From: an uncultured Bacteroidales bacterium | GTDB lineage: Bacteria; Bacteroidota; Bacteroidia; Bacteroidales; Paludibacteraceae | NCBI GenBank assembly: GCA_900542355.1 | Contig: UQNE01000002.1 | Coordinates: forward strand, 56,957 to 120,956 | Length of the DNA stretch: 64,000 bases | Direction of reading: 5' to 3' | Shown: positions 38,661-48,271 of the stretch, in pieces | How positions within the stretch are numbered: position 1 is the stretch's first letter | Layout of the letters: each line of letters opens with the position of its first letter | Notes under the pieces: generated by a model | What the model was told of the DNA's origin: nothing | The model's input: only the letters and a program-made list of their open reading frames with translations | Databases searched by the model: none | Translations under genes and position numbers: made by a program

Positions 38661-39296
38661 ATGACAACGAAAGAGCGTTTTTCACATATCCTGTCGTGGT
38701 TTGCGGAGAATATGCCGGTGGCGGAATCGGAACTGCACTACGATAATGCGTTTCAACTGCTGGTGGCGGTGATGCTCTCGGCGCAGTGTACCGACAAGCG
38801 TGTTAATCAGGTTACGCCCGCTTTGTTTGCGGCTATGCCTACGCCCAAAGCGATGGCACAAGCCTCTGTAGATGAGGTGCTTAGGTATATCCGTTCGGTT
38901 AGTTACCCTAACGCCAAAGCCGCGCACTTGGTAGGTATGGCACAACGGCTGCAAGAGGTGTATGGTGGGCAAGTACCCGATAACATCGACGACCTGCAGA
39001 CGCTTCCCGGGGTGGGGCGCAAGACCGCCAATGTGGTCTGTGCTGTGATTTGGAACCAACCCACGATGGCGGTGGATACGCATATCTTTCGCGTTTCCGA
39101 GCGGTTGGGACTGACCACGAATAGCAAATCGCCCTTGCAGACCGAAAAACAACTAGTGCGCTATATCCCCGCCATGCTCATCCCCAAGGCACACCATTGG
39201 CTCCTGCTCCACGGCAGGTATGTCTGCCAAGCCCGCACTCCGCATTGCGCCGACTGCGGACTCGCCCCCTACTGCCGATACCATAGCAGGATATAA
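38661..39296 (+). CDS. nth: endonuclease III
   Basis: HhH-GPD motif LPGVGRKTANVV, and the 4Fe-4S cluster CxxxxxxCxxCxxxxxC at the C-terminus. Confidence 0.95.
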   Translation: MTTKERFSHILSWFAENMPVAESELHYDNAFQLLVAVMLSAQCTDKRVNQVTPALFAAMPTPKAMAQASVDEVLRYIRSVSYPNAKAAHLVGMAQRLQEVYGGQVPDNIDDLQTLPGVGRKTANVVCAVIWNQPTMAVDTHIFRVSERLGLTTNSKSPLQTEKQLVRYIPAMLIPKAHHWLLLHGRYVCQARTPHCADCGLAPYCRYHSRI

Positions 39297-39436
39297 GGGG
39301 GGGAATCATAAGGCTTGTGAGGTGGGGGCATGACCCGCGACAGACTCGCGATAATGTGGCTGATACAATACCCTAATTAACATTCTTCGCATTGTATTCT
39401 CTCTATCATTAAGTTATTGTTAAATATACCTTTTCT

Positions 39437-39468
39437 GTTGCATATTTGCGAGAAATGTAGTACCTTTG
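39437..39468 (+). promoter_or_regulatory. candidate promoter (gTTG-N20-TAccTTTG)
   Basis: ctgttgcatatttgcgagaaatgtagtacctttgcgg. Confidence 0.45.
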
Positions 39469-39640
39469 CGGCGAGAATGTGATGAATGTTTTTATTGTCC
39501 ACCTAACAAACACCACTATAAATGATATACCTCGCTTACATACGACGCAAACGCCACACATCGTTTTATACGGCTGCTTGCGGTGTGTCTGCTGCTGTGG
39601 TAACTATAGATTTTCGTAAGGTATATTGGCTCCCCTTATT

Positions 39641-39680
39641 AGGATTTCCGGCTTTGTGGTCTGAAATCCTTTTTCTTTTT
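39641..39680 (+). terminator. intrinsic terminator (8-bp perfect stem aggatttc/gaaatcct, 14-nt loop, T-rich tail), 200 bp upstream of the giant gene
   Basis: Read directly. Confidence 0.55.
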
Positions 39681-39880
39681 GGGTGCATCTCGGATAGGGC
39701 ACTGAATCTTAACAATCGTACATTTTGGCATCTCTGTGCCAAACAGCATAGGATGTGCATAGGATACGCATAGGATAGGCTGACGATAGACCACATCTTC
39801 GCACCACAAAATCTTAACAAAAAGCACTTTTTTGATACCTGATAATAACTATATTTAAACAGAAACCAACCACTACGAAT

Positions 39881-42800
39881 ATGAAAAAAATATACTTCTT
39901 GGCATTTTTATTTTTATGCACTTTCCTAACCATCGGAACAAACACCGCGTGGGGAGCAGAAATTACCTTTGGACCAGATTGGAATGCATTATTTGCTACA
40001 TCTTATAATGGACAAATTCCCTCAGTTAAAGCAAATTCTTTGAATTTAGAGGGTTCTATCACTCCTGTAACTATTAGGGTTGCTAATGGTACTTCTACTA
40101 ATGGATTCGTAAAAACATCGGATTTTCGTGCATATAAAGGATATAAAATAACAATCTCATCGACGGAAAATATTACGAAAATTACATCTGTAAAAGGTGG
40201 AAAGAATTTCTCTTCAGGCATAACAGCAAATGTTGGAAAGTTGTCAATTTCTAACGATGCAATCAATTGGTCTTCTAATGCACCAGATATTAAGTCTGTA
40301 GTTTTTAGTATTTCAGGTACTGTTAGTTTTGCCTCTTTTACTGTTACTTACGAAACAGGTGGTTCTACTCCCACTTACACCGTAACCTATGATGCAAATG
40401 GAGGTGCGGTCAGTCCTGCAAGCGATAGTTATACCAATACTCCTATCAACTTGCCTATTCCGACTATAGAGGGCTGTTATTTATTTGATGGTTGGTACAC
40501 TGCCAAAACAGGAGGAACACAAGTACAATCTCCATACACTCCCACTGCCAATATAACTCTATATGCCCATTGGACAGCACAATCCAATAAATTGAGTACA
40601 CCAACCAATTTGAAGACAACCGACATCACAAGCAATAGTGCTAAATTATCGTGGGATGCTGTTCTGCATGCAAGCAGTTATACTATTTCGTATATGGAGG
40701 AGAAAAACAACACTCCAAATGATATAGAGGATATTACATCAACCACTTACACATTAGATGGTTTGCTTCCTAATACATACTATATTTGGTCAGTAAAAGC
40801 CATTGGCGATGGTACTACCTATTGTGACAGCGAGGGAAGTCAAACAACAGGCGACTTCACCACCGCTGCCCTGCCGAAATATACCATCACTTGGAGTACG
40901 CCAACCGGCACAAGTACTACTGAAGTTACTCCGGGCGACAAGGTTGTGTTGCCTACCACTGAACCAATAGCCCCATATAGTTGTTCAGAGAAAGTTTTTG
41001 TGGGGTGGAGTGAAACGAATGTTGGCACCATTGGCACAGATGATGCCCCCGCTTTCATTACTTCTCAAACTATTCCTAATTCTAATATTACCTACTACGC
41101 CGTGTTTGCTACAAAAACAACTATGGGCGGAAGTCAAGATATTGTATTTGATGTTAAGAGTATTGCCCAGAAAAATAGTTGGAAAAACGGGATACAGTAC
41201 TCAAATTACACTATTGCGCCAATTACTATTACATATTCAGGTGGGGGCAATGACGGTAAATATTATTCTTCTGATAATTCTTGGCGTAGTTACAGTGGAG
41301 GCAGTGTTGTGGTGAGTGGAGGTTCGATTTCGGAGGTAATTTCAACCCCTCAACAGACATTTACGAAGCAAACAGATGGAACATGGAAATATACAGGAAC
41401 AGAAACTGTTAAGTTTACCCAATTTACCATAAAAACTGCTGTTGTCAGTTCTACTTACACCGACTATGTTACCGGTTGTGTAGATTGTACCGCCCCCGCG
41501 GAGGCATTGGCATTGACATTGTCGCAGGAAACTGCCAACTTAGGAGCGGATGGTATGGTGCAGACATCATTCTCCACTACGGGTGGTAATGGGGCAATAA
41601 TAGACTATGCTATCAATCCAACCATTGGTGCTAATCTCGATAAGACAAACAAAACTATTACTTTCTCTGCCATAGGCACATACACATTGACAGCCTCGCA
41701 GTTGTACACCACCATTGATGGAACAACCTATTGTGGCGGAAAGGATAAAAAGACTATCACTGTTACTAACACGCCGGTACTCTATTTCCCGACCACGCTT
41801 GCCGACCCGATTGTGTTTGGTAAAGTGGAATGTGGCGGAAATACTCCTTTGACGGATAAACAAACCATCAGCCTGCGGGGGTATAACCTGACAGGTGATG
41901 TTACCGTTACCGTAACCGGCGACTACAAAATTGCCGGCACCGAGAGTACCGCATTGGCGGATTATACTACCTCTCTTACGCTGCCGAAAGACGCTGTAAG
42001 TGGTTCATCTGCAAGCGTTTATGTGCTTTCTACCCCCCCCATGCAGAGCAGCAGTCCCACAACGGGAAAGGTTACATTTACCACTGCTGGAGGTAATACA
42101 TTAGAGGTAAATCTTTCCACACCTGATATCACTTGTACCGAATACACCCTCACACTCAACGACCGCGGTACAACCACTTCGGCAGGAAACTATCTTGCCG
42201 GTGCGGGTGTCCCCAAACCCACCGACCCGACGGGAGTATGTACCGAGCCGATTAACTATATCTTCGATGGTTGGGCAACCGCCGAAGTGGCAGAAGGCAG
42301 CACCGCCTATACCAAAGTGCCCTTCCCATACACCATGCCCGCCGCCAATACCACCCTCTACGCGGTGTATAAGTATGAGGGGAATACCATATCGGATACA
42401 CAATTTAAGAGAGGGACATTGGACGATTTGGTAGATGGGCAAAAAGTAGTAATAGTAGAACAAGACGCAAAAAAAGCCCTCAATTCCAAAACGTATCAAA
42501 GTTATTATCTTACGGCTACGGCTGTTACCATAAACAATGATTTGATCGACGTAACAAATAATGCGCTAATATGGGAACTCAAAAAGAACGGAAGTAATTA
42601 TTCTTTTCTACAAGATGGCAAGTACTTAAATATCACAGAATCTTCTACCCATTATAATCTTACAGTTACATCTCAAGAGGATAGTTGGAGCATAGTTGCA
42701 TTCGGAGATGGATATAGCCTGCAAAGTACAACTTATGCGGACTACTATGCCGTGTATAACTCGAAATATACTGAATATACGACTGATAAGACCGCATACG

Positions 42801-45800
42801 CATTGCAATTCTACATTCCTGTGGCTATTCAGGAATACACCACCGCTCCCTCTTGCACTCCGTGTATCAAGGGAACGGATGATATTACCGTTACTTCTGC
42901 CCAAGGCATTTGGGTAGAGGCGGTAACGCCATTGAATATCACCGCAACCAATCTGGACAAGAACGCTGACGGAGCCAAAGTTACCATTACCGCCACATCT
43001 TTGACCGGCGGTTTTACACTCAAGACACAGGGAACCAATAGCAGTGGCAGCGAATCGGTAACACTCGAAACCGGCTATAGCAACAGCATATACAATGCCA
43101 ACCTAACGGTAGTCTATTCTCCGACAGCAGACAATATCATCGAAGAGGGGAAAATCGCTCTGCGTGTTTATCGTACCAACGGCACGACTACCTATGCCAC
43201 CGACACTATCATTGTGCGTGGTAGGTCGTTACCGGCAGAGTTTGTATTTGCAGCCGAGACCACCAATGGTTGGGTGGCTCTCCCTGCCGATTTAGGCACC
43301 AGTTCTACCGATGCGGTTAAAAAGCCATACACGATTTCCGTGGACGATAACGCAGCCCCGACAAAGGCTACCTTAGCCCCGCAAAGTGCGCTCTATTCTG
43401 CGGCTATACGCTCTACAGTCAATGCCGTACCAACAGGACTGCGCTTCAAGGCAGGCGAAAAATATCTGCAAGGCTCTCAGTCCCAAGGGGAAACCAAGGT
43501 GTGGCTGTCTTCCACCAACAGCGAGCAGATGCAGTCGTGGGAGTTGCATAGCAGCAATCTCACCGACTACTTTGTGCGCCTGCGAGCAGCGGAAGAAGGA
43601 CGCTATCTATCCTACAACGCCACACAGGACAAGATAGCCAACTACAAGCAGGAGAGTCGCTTGCGTATTTTGCCTGTAGAGAATACCTGTGTGCGCTATG
43701 ACGCACCGAATATCAGTGTGCATGCACTCATCTCTACAAGCATTACTTTTGTTTGGGAGGCAATAGCGGGCGTCACTGACTATGAATACAGCCTTGACGG
43801 TGAAAAGACATGGCAGGCGTGCGGCGACATCGAGACACTCGGCACGGAAGTTAAATGGACATTGGCAAACCTGAAATCCGAAACCAAGTACACCGTTTAT
43901 ATCCGTGCCAAGGTGGCAGACGGCAAGAGCAACTGCTCGGCTTCCGATAGTGAGACCTTCACCACCCCCACTTGCGACGATGTACCTGTCGATTTGTGGG
44001 TATCGCCTACCGCCAATGCCGCTACTATTATGTGGAGTGCCAAGGCGCCAACCGCTACCGTAAAAATCTATGCTGACGAACAAGGAACTACATTGGTCAA
44101 AGAAACACTCAACGCAACCACACCTTGTAAGATAATCGGCTTGGAGCAGAATACGGACTACTATTACCAAGTGTTGGCGGGCGGTTCGTGTGCTTCGGCA
44201 ATAGCGCATTTCAAGACAGAGTCAAACGAGGTGAGCATCGTCGAATGGAAGAAAGATGCCGTTATCGTGGACTTGAATACCGAAGTAACCGATGCCGACG
44301 AAGTCAGCATCTTGGTCGAAGGGCAGAAGACCCACGGTACCAACAACAATGTAGCCGATGACCTGTTCTTCAGCAAATACTATGAGGCAACAGGAAGTGT
44401 GAAACTATTTGCAATATATAATGGTACCACATCAAAGATAAATTTAACTCCATATACTGTTAAAATAGGGCAATATAATAATAATTCTGCAAGTTGGAAT
44501 AGTATCATTCAACTGAAACAATATGGTAAAGAAACAGGTTTTATTGATAGTGGTGAAGAAATTATAGTTTATTCTGCAGGGCAATATCCCGATTGCAATG
44601 TGTCGTCCGAGGATGATTGCAAGATAATGAAGTGCGTGATAGATAATGGTAAATTTGATTTGACGACGGCTTACTTAAATAAATCAGGTGTTGTATTTGG
44701 TGGAAACCAACAATTAGTATTATGTCAAGATGGCAAACCTATAGATATATTGGGGAGTATCTCGGATAATTCAGAAGCAGGTCTTCCTATTGCAGTTACA
44801 GAAAGGCCATCGTGGGGTGATGGAAAAGGTTGGGTAGGTTATGGTTGTAATGTGCAAAATGAGACTGAGAAAATAGCAATAAGTACGAATCGTTCTTTGT
44901 TAATTCGCAAGAAAGTAAAGAGTGGTGCAAATACACTGGTTCGAAATGTCAATAGCAGATTTAATACATTAGGAAAATATGACAGTACAGATCCTGCTAA
45001 ATGTGTTGAGGGTGAATGGAATGGTATGCAAATACCAGACTATGTTGAAGATAATGGGGTTGATGCTTCTTGCAAGGGCTTTGAATATGTATCTGACTTC
45101 AACTACAACGACTATTATACCACCTACGATTCTATCGCCAATCTGGAGATAAAGGGCAATCGTAATGAGGACGGAACATACACAATACCTATTCCAAAAC
45201 TGGATACAATGGCTTGTACCAACTTGCGTCTGCAACTCAAGAAGAAAGGTACTATTCAGGCAACACATGAGGAGAAAGTGCCAATTATTATTTACAAAAC
45301 TACTGACACCAAGAATAGCGAGTTCTTCGGCGAGAAACTGACCGATGAGGTATGCGCCACCTGCGATGTGGTAGTGCGCGACAATGCACAACTCTCGCAC
45401 ATTGCGGGCGGTAAGCAGCAGTTCCGCGATATGTATGTCTATACGGGTAGTAGTCTGAATATACCTGCGGAGCAAACTATGTCGCTCAACAAAGTATGTA
45501 TGTTTGCCACCAACGACAATGTTTCGTATGCCGTTATCAACAATAGCAATGATGCCGCTGCGGCTATCTCTGTAAAAGAGGTCAGCCACGTCAAGCGCAT
45601 TGACGGACGCTATTGGTACCCGTTCTCGCTGCCCTACGACTGCAACATCGCTGACATCGTCCAACTCAACGGACAGCCGCTTGGTGTCTATGGTACCGAT
45701 TGGGGTATCAAGTACTACAATGGTTATGAGAGACAGAAAGATGGCAACAGTACCACCCACTATGGCGAGGTGTCCAAATACTGGACAATGATGCCCGAAG

Positions 45801-46987
45801 ATAGCGTACTCAAAGCCTACACCGGTTATATCATCGGGCTGTTTGTACCTGCTGCCGATGAACCGCTGATGAAGTCGGTTAATTTCCCGCCTGCTACCGA
45901 GAGTGCTTACACCGAAAATGCGGACTCTAAGACAACACCTATCACCAACTGGTCGGTCAACCTGAGTGCTAAACCACGCCACCATGGCTGGAACTTTGTC
46001 GGCTCACCGTATATCTCGCTCTTTGGCTCGAACAATAATACATTGGGCGAGGGGCTTTACAACACCCAAGTGCAGATGGGGTGGACAGATGCCTTAGGAA
46101 ACCAACGAGGCAAAGACCACATCTATGTGTCTATCCCCAATGGTGGAAATACCAACACCTACACACAGGCACTGGCTTCGGGCGTTACGATTTATCCGTT
46201 CTCGGCATATTTCGTGCAGGCGATAGACCCGACCAATAATCAGAGCAATACTTTGAGCCTGACCTACAGCAAAGCCAACCGACACTTGCTCGCCTCCCCG
46301 GCTCGTGCGGCAGCAGACGCATCACCGCTGATCTTGGCGGAGTTGGATATCCGCTGCGGTGCGCTCCACGACAACACGGGTGTACTGGTGAGCGATGACT
46401 ACTCCGTGGATTATGAGATAGGCGACGACCTCTACAAGATGTACGCCGCTGCGGCTAAACCGCAACTCTATACCACCGACGCAAGCAGCGAGAAGATGGC
46501 TTACCAAGCCTTGCCCGACCCGGCGGCACACGCTGTTCCGCTCGGCATATACCTGCCCGCTGCGGGCGACTACACCTTGTCGCTTAATCGCTCTGTGAGC
46601 CGATTGGAGGCTGCCGAGGCGGTTTATCTGCTCCACGACGGAAAGGTGGTAGCCGACTTGCTCCAAACTGACTATACGCTTACGGCTGCCGCGCGTGGTA
46701 CGCTCAGCGGCTACACGCTCGATATCCGCCGTGCGCCGAAGATGCCTACCGACATCCTCCCCGCCGCCGGCGATGCGCCCTACCTGATAGCCCGCGATGG
46801 AGTGCTTACCGTGGCTAACCTACCCGCAGGCGCTATGGTGCAGGTATATGATGTGTTAGGGCGTGTCCTCTTGCGCACCACTGCCACCGAGCAATCGCTC
46901 TCCGTGCCCGCTGCGCAGACAGGTGTCTATACGGTGCTTATCACCACCGACAACCTGCAAACCGTACTCAAAACCCTACTTCGCTAA
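39881..46987 (+). CDS. 2368-aa multidomain cell-surface protein secreted by the type IX secretion system: signal peptide, three Listeria-Bacteroides-type repeats, several FN3-like modules, a Cys-rich AT-rich insert, and a T9SS type-A C-terminal sorting domain
   Basis: Signal peptide MKKIYFLAFLFLCTFLTIGTNTAWG. Repeats YTVTYDANGG..GWYT..ITLYAHWT (~40376), YTITWSTPTG..FVGWSE..ITYYAVF (~40870) and YTLTLNDRGT..FDGWATAE..TTLYAVY (~42140). FN3-like (LSWDAV..YTISY; SITFVWEAIAGVTDYEYS; ATIMWSAK). CTD tail ...VQVYDVLGRVLLRTTATEQSLSVPAAQTGVYTVLITTDNLQTVLKTLLR. Confidence 0.85.
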   Translation: MKKIYFLAFLFLCTFLTIGTNTAWGAEITFGPDWNALFATSYNGQIPSVKANSLNLEGSITPVTIRVANGTSTNGFVKTSDFRAYKGYKITISSTENITKITSVKGGKNFSSGITANVGKLSISNDAINWSSNAPDIKSVVFSISGTVSFASFTVTYETGGSTPTYTVTYDANGGAVSPASDSYTNTPINLPIPTIEGCYLFDGWYTAKTGGTQVQSPYTPTANITLYAHWTAQSNKLSTPTNLKTTDITSNSAKLSWDAVLHASSYTISYMEEKNNTPNDIEDITSTTYTLDGLLPNTYYIWSVKAIGDGTTYCDSEGSQTTGDFTTAALPKYTITWSTPTGTSTTEVTPGDKVVLPTTEPIAPYSCSEKVFVGWSETNVGTIGTDDAPAFITSQTIPNSNITYYAVFATKTTMGGSQDIVFDVKSIAQKNSWKNGIQYSNYTIAPITITYSGGGNDGKYYSSDNSWRSYSGGSVVVSGGSISEVISTPQQTFTKQTDGTWKYTGTETVKFTQFTIKTAVVSSTYTDYVTGCVDCTAPAEALALTLSQETANLGADGMVQTSFSTTGGNGAIIDYAINPTIGANLDKTNKTITFSAIGTYTLTASQLYTTIDGTTYCGGKDKKTITVTNTPVLYFPTTLADPIVFGKVECGGNTPLTDKQTISLRGYNLTGDVTVTVTGDYKIAGTESTALADYTTSLTLPKDAVSGSSASVYVLSTPPMQSSSPTTGKVTFTTAGGNTLEVNLSTPDITCTEYTLTLNDRGTTTSAGNYLAGAGVPKPTDPTGVCTEPINYIFDGWATAEVAEGSTAYTKVPFPYTMPAANTTLYAVYKYEGNTISDTQFKRGTLDDLVDGQKVVIVEQDAKKALNSKTYQSYYLTATAVTINNDLIDVTNNALIWELKKNGSNYSFLQDGKYLNITESSTHYNLTVTSQEDSWSIVAFGDGYSLQSTTYADYYAVYNSKYTEYTTDKTAYALQFYIPVAIQEYTTAPSCTPCIKGTDDITVTSAQGIWVEAVTPLNITATNLDKNADGAKVTITATSLTGGFTLKTQGTNSSGSESVTLETGYSNSIYNANLTVVYSPTADNIIEEGKIALRVYRTNGTTTYATDTIIVRGRSLPAEFVFAAETTNGWVALPADLGTSSTDAVKKPYTISVDDNAAPTKATLAPQSALYSAAIRSTVNAVPTGLRFKAGEKYLQGSQSQGETKVWLSSTNSEQMQSWELHSSNLTDYFVRLRAAEEGRYLSYNATQDKIANYKQESRLRILPVENTCVRYDAPNISVHALISTSITFVWEAIAGVTDYEYSLDGEKTWQACGDIETLGTEVKWTLANLKSETKYTVYIRAKVADGKSNCSASDSETFTTPTCDDVPVDLWVSPTANAATIMWSAKAPTATVKIYADEQGTTLVKETLNATTPCKIIGLEQNTDYYYQVLAGGSCASAIAHFKTESNEVSIVEWKKDAVIVDLNTEVTDADEVSILVEGQKTHGTNNNVADDLFFSKYYEATGSVKLFAIYNGTTSKINLTPYTVKIGQYNNNSASWNSIIQLKQYGKETGFIDSGEEIIVYSAGQYPDCNVSSEDDCKIMKCVIDNGKFDLTTAYLNKSGVVFGGNQQLVLCQDGKPIDILGSISDNSEAGLPIAVTERPSWGDGKGWVGYGCNVQNETEKIAISTNRSLLIRKKVKSGANTLVRNVNSRFNTLGKYDSTDPAKCVEGEWNGMQIPDYVEDNGVDASCKGFEYVSDFNYNDYYTTYDSIANLEIKGNRNEDGTYTIPIPKLDTMACTNLRLQLKKKGTIQATHEEKVPIIIYKTTDTKNSEFFGEKLTDEVCATCDVVVRDNAQLSHIAGGKQQFRDMYVYTGSSLNIPAEQTMSLNKVCMFATNDNVSYAVINNSNDAAAAISVKEVSHVKRIDGRYWYPFSLPYDCNIADIVQLNGQPLGVYGTDWGIKYYNGYERQKDGNSTTHYGEVSKYWTMMPEDSVLKAYTGYIIGLFVPAADEPLMKSVNFPPATESAYTENADSKTTPITNWSVNLSAKPRHHGWNFVGSPYISLFGSNNNTLGEGLYNTQVQMGWTDALGNQRGKDHIYVSIPNGGNTNTYTQALASGVTIYPFSAYFVQAIDPTNNQSNTLSLTYSKANRHLLASPARAAADASPLILAELDIRCGALHDNTGVLVSDDYSVDYEIGDDLYKMYAAAAKPQLYTTDASSEKMAYQALPDPAAHAVPLGIYLPAAGDYTLSLNRSVSRLEAAEAVYLLHDGKVVADLLQTDYTLTAAARGTLSGYTLDIRRAPKMPTDILPAAGDAPYLIARDGVLTVANLPAGAMVQVYDVLGRVLLRTTATEQSLSVPAAQTGVYTVLITTDNLQTVLKTLLR

Positions 46988-47022
46988 CCTGCTTTTCTCT
47001 ATTTCTATCTAACCCTACGAAA

Positions 47023-47532
47023 ATGAAAAAAGTATATTCTATACTCCGCCTCAAGACACTATCGCTGCTCTTGTTGCTCTCCTGGCTGCCCGCTGTGGCA
47101 CAGTACACTCGTCCCGTGCTTGGTATAGTGGACGATATGCATTCCACCACCCGCTCGGTGTGCGCTGTACAGTCCGACTCTGCGGCACGCGACCACCGCG
47201 TCTGGACACCCGCCCGCAACGGCTATCGTGTAACCGAGGCCGGAGCAGAACGACCGACTATGGTGGGAAATATCTGCTCTATCGGTGCTGAACGCGCTGC
47301 CGTGAATGCGTGCTATACGCAGGCTACGGCGGCTATGGCTGCCCCGCTATCGGAGATAGGGGCTATCTCGCCTTACGAGGATACCCCGACAGAGATGTCC
47401 CGTCCGCGCCGTGTCAGCCCGGGCGGCGGTATAGGCGAACCCGGAGCGCTGCCTGTCGGCGATGTGCCGTATCCGTTCTTCGCCCTTTGCTTAGCAGCCT
47501 ATTGGCTCTCCGCCCGCCGCAAGAAAGCCTAA
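47023..47532 (+). CDS. small secreted Ala/Gly/Pro-rich protein with C-terminal hydrophobic anchor plus basic tail (…YPFFALCLAAYWLSARRKKA); function unknown
   Basis: Signal peptide MKKVYSILRLKTLSLLLLLSWLPAVAQ. Begins 35 bp after the giant gene. GC-rich (>60 %) relative to surroundings. Confidence 0.5.
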   Translation: MKKVYSILRLKTLSLLLLLSWLPAVAQYTRPVLGIVDDMHSTTRSVCAVQSDSAARDHRVWTPARNGYRVTEAGAERPTMVGNICSIGAERAAVNACYTQATAAMAAPLSEIGAISPYEDTPTEMSRPRRVSPGGGIGEPGALPVGDVPYPFFALCLAAYWLSARRKKA

Positions 47533-47579
47533 GAAATCACTCAACACCCGTCGCAAGAAGGTGTAAGAGGAAAGAAAAA

Positions 47580-47667
47580 GCAGATAGAAATGCTATTTTT
47601 ACCACAAAAAAGACATTTCTATCTGCTATTTTTCGTATAAAAAAAGACATTTCCATCTGCTTTTTTT
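47580..47667 (+). terminator. compound intrinsic terminator: 13-bp inverted repeat gcagatagaaatg / catttctatctgc plus T-tract, followed by a second near-copy of the 3' arm (gacatttccatctgc) plus T7
   Basis: Read directly. Ends the giant-gene transcription unit. Confidence 0.6.
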
Positions 47668-47918
47668 ATTGAGCCGCTTCATCGTGCATTCATTAAATGC
47701 CATATAAAGTTCGTTAGAGCGCAGTGGACACCGGCCATTGAATACACTATGGTTCTCTGTTAAGACCCACCATTGCGTCCACAGACTTATGGAATCCCCG
47801 GAATAGCGGTTAATTCGTTAAGACAATGGAGAAAAGAAGGATATGAAAAATTGGCAACCTTTTTTAATACAACTAAGAGTATTACAAGAGTAGTATCAGG
47901 GTATTATTTGGTTCGCTT

Positions 47919-47962
47919 AATCACATACTAATCACATACTAATCACATACTAATTACATAGT
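47919..47962. repeat. tandem repeat, 4 x 11 bp (AATCACATACT x3, then degenerate AATTACATAGT)
   Basis: Read directly in the AT-rich spacer upstream of ileS. Confidence 0.8.
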
Positions 47963-48037
47963 ACGGTAAGGGGGCATATAGTAGCCAAACAGGGCGCAAA
48001 CTATGGACTGGAAAGATAAAAATAAGACAAAATAACG

Positions 48038-48102
48038 ATTAGACATGTAATTGCCATTGGTTTTTCAATATATAATTACCATATAATTAGACATGTAATT
48101 GT
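48038..48102. repeat. 16-bp direct repeat ATTAGACATGTAATTG (48038-48054 and 48087-48102) flanking tataattaccatataatt, a motif shared with the GxxExxY cassette flank
   Basis: The 15-mer AATTACCATATAATT occurs at 48073-48087 and at 26193-26207. Confidence 0.6.
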
Positions 48103-48271
48103 GTATTCATCATTATGCACTTATGCATTGAATAAAGCATTCTTGATTTGGTGCGGTTTGCGCCAAAAAACGGGTTGCGGTTGCGTATATCAGATTTTTG
48201 TAGTAACTTTGTGCGCTATTTGTACCAATAGCCCTCAACGAGTAATAAACAGATATATAGCAATTTGATAT

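Noticed and set aside
47310-47672. 120-aa ORF overlapping the 169-aa companion gene in another frame
   Set aside because: It reads through the compound terminator at 47580-47667 and has no signal peptide. The 47023 frame, with a clean signal peptide, is preferred but flagged as uncertain.
47690-47830. GC-richer island upstream of ileS, examined as a possible tRNA or SRP RNA
   Set aside because: No cloverleaf could be drawn and no SRP domain-IV motif is present. Only short inverted repeats (GTGGAC/GTCCAC). Kept as part of the spacer finding only.
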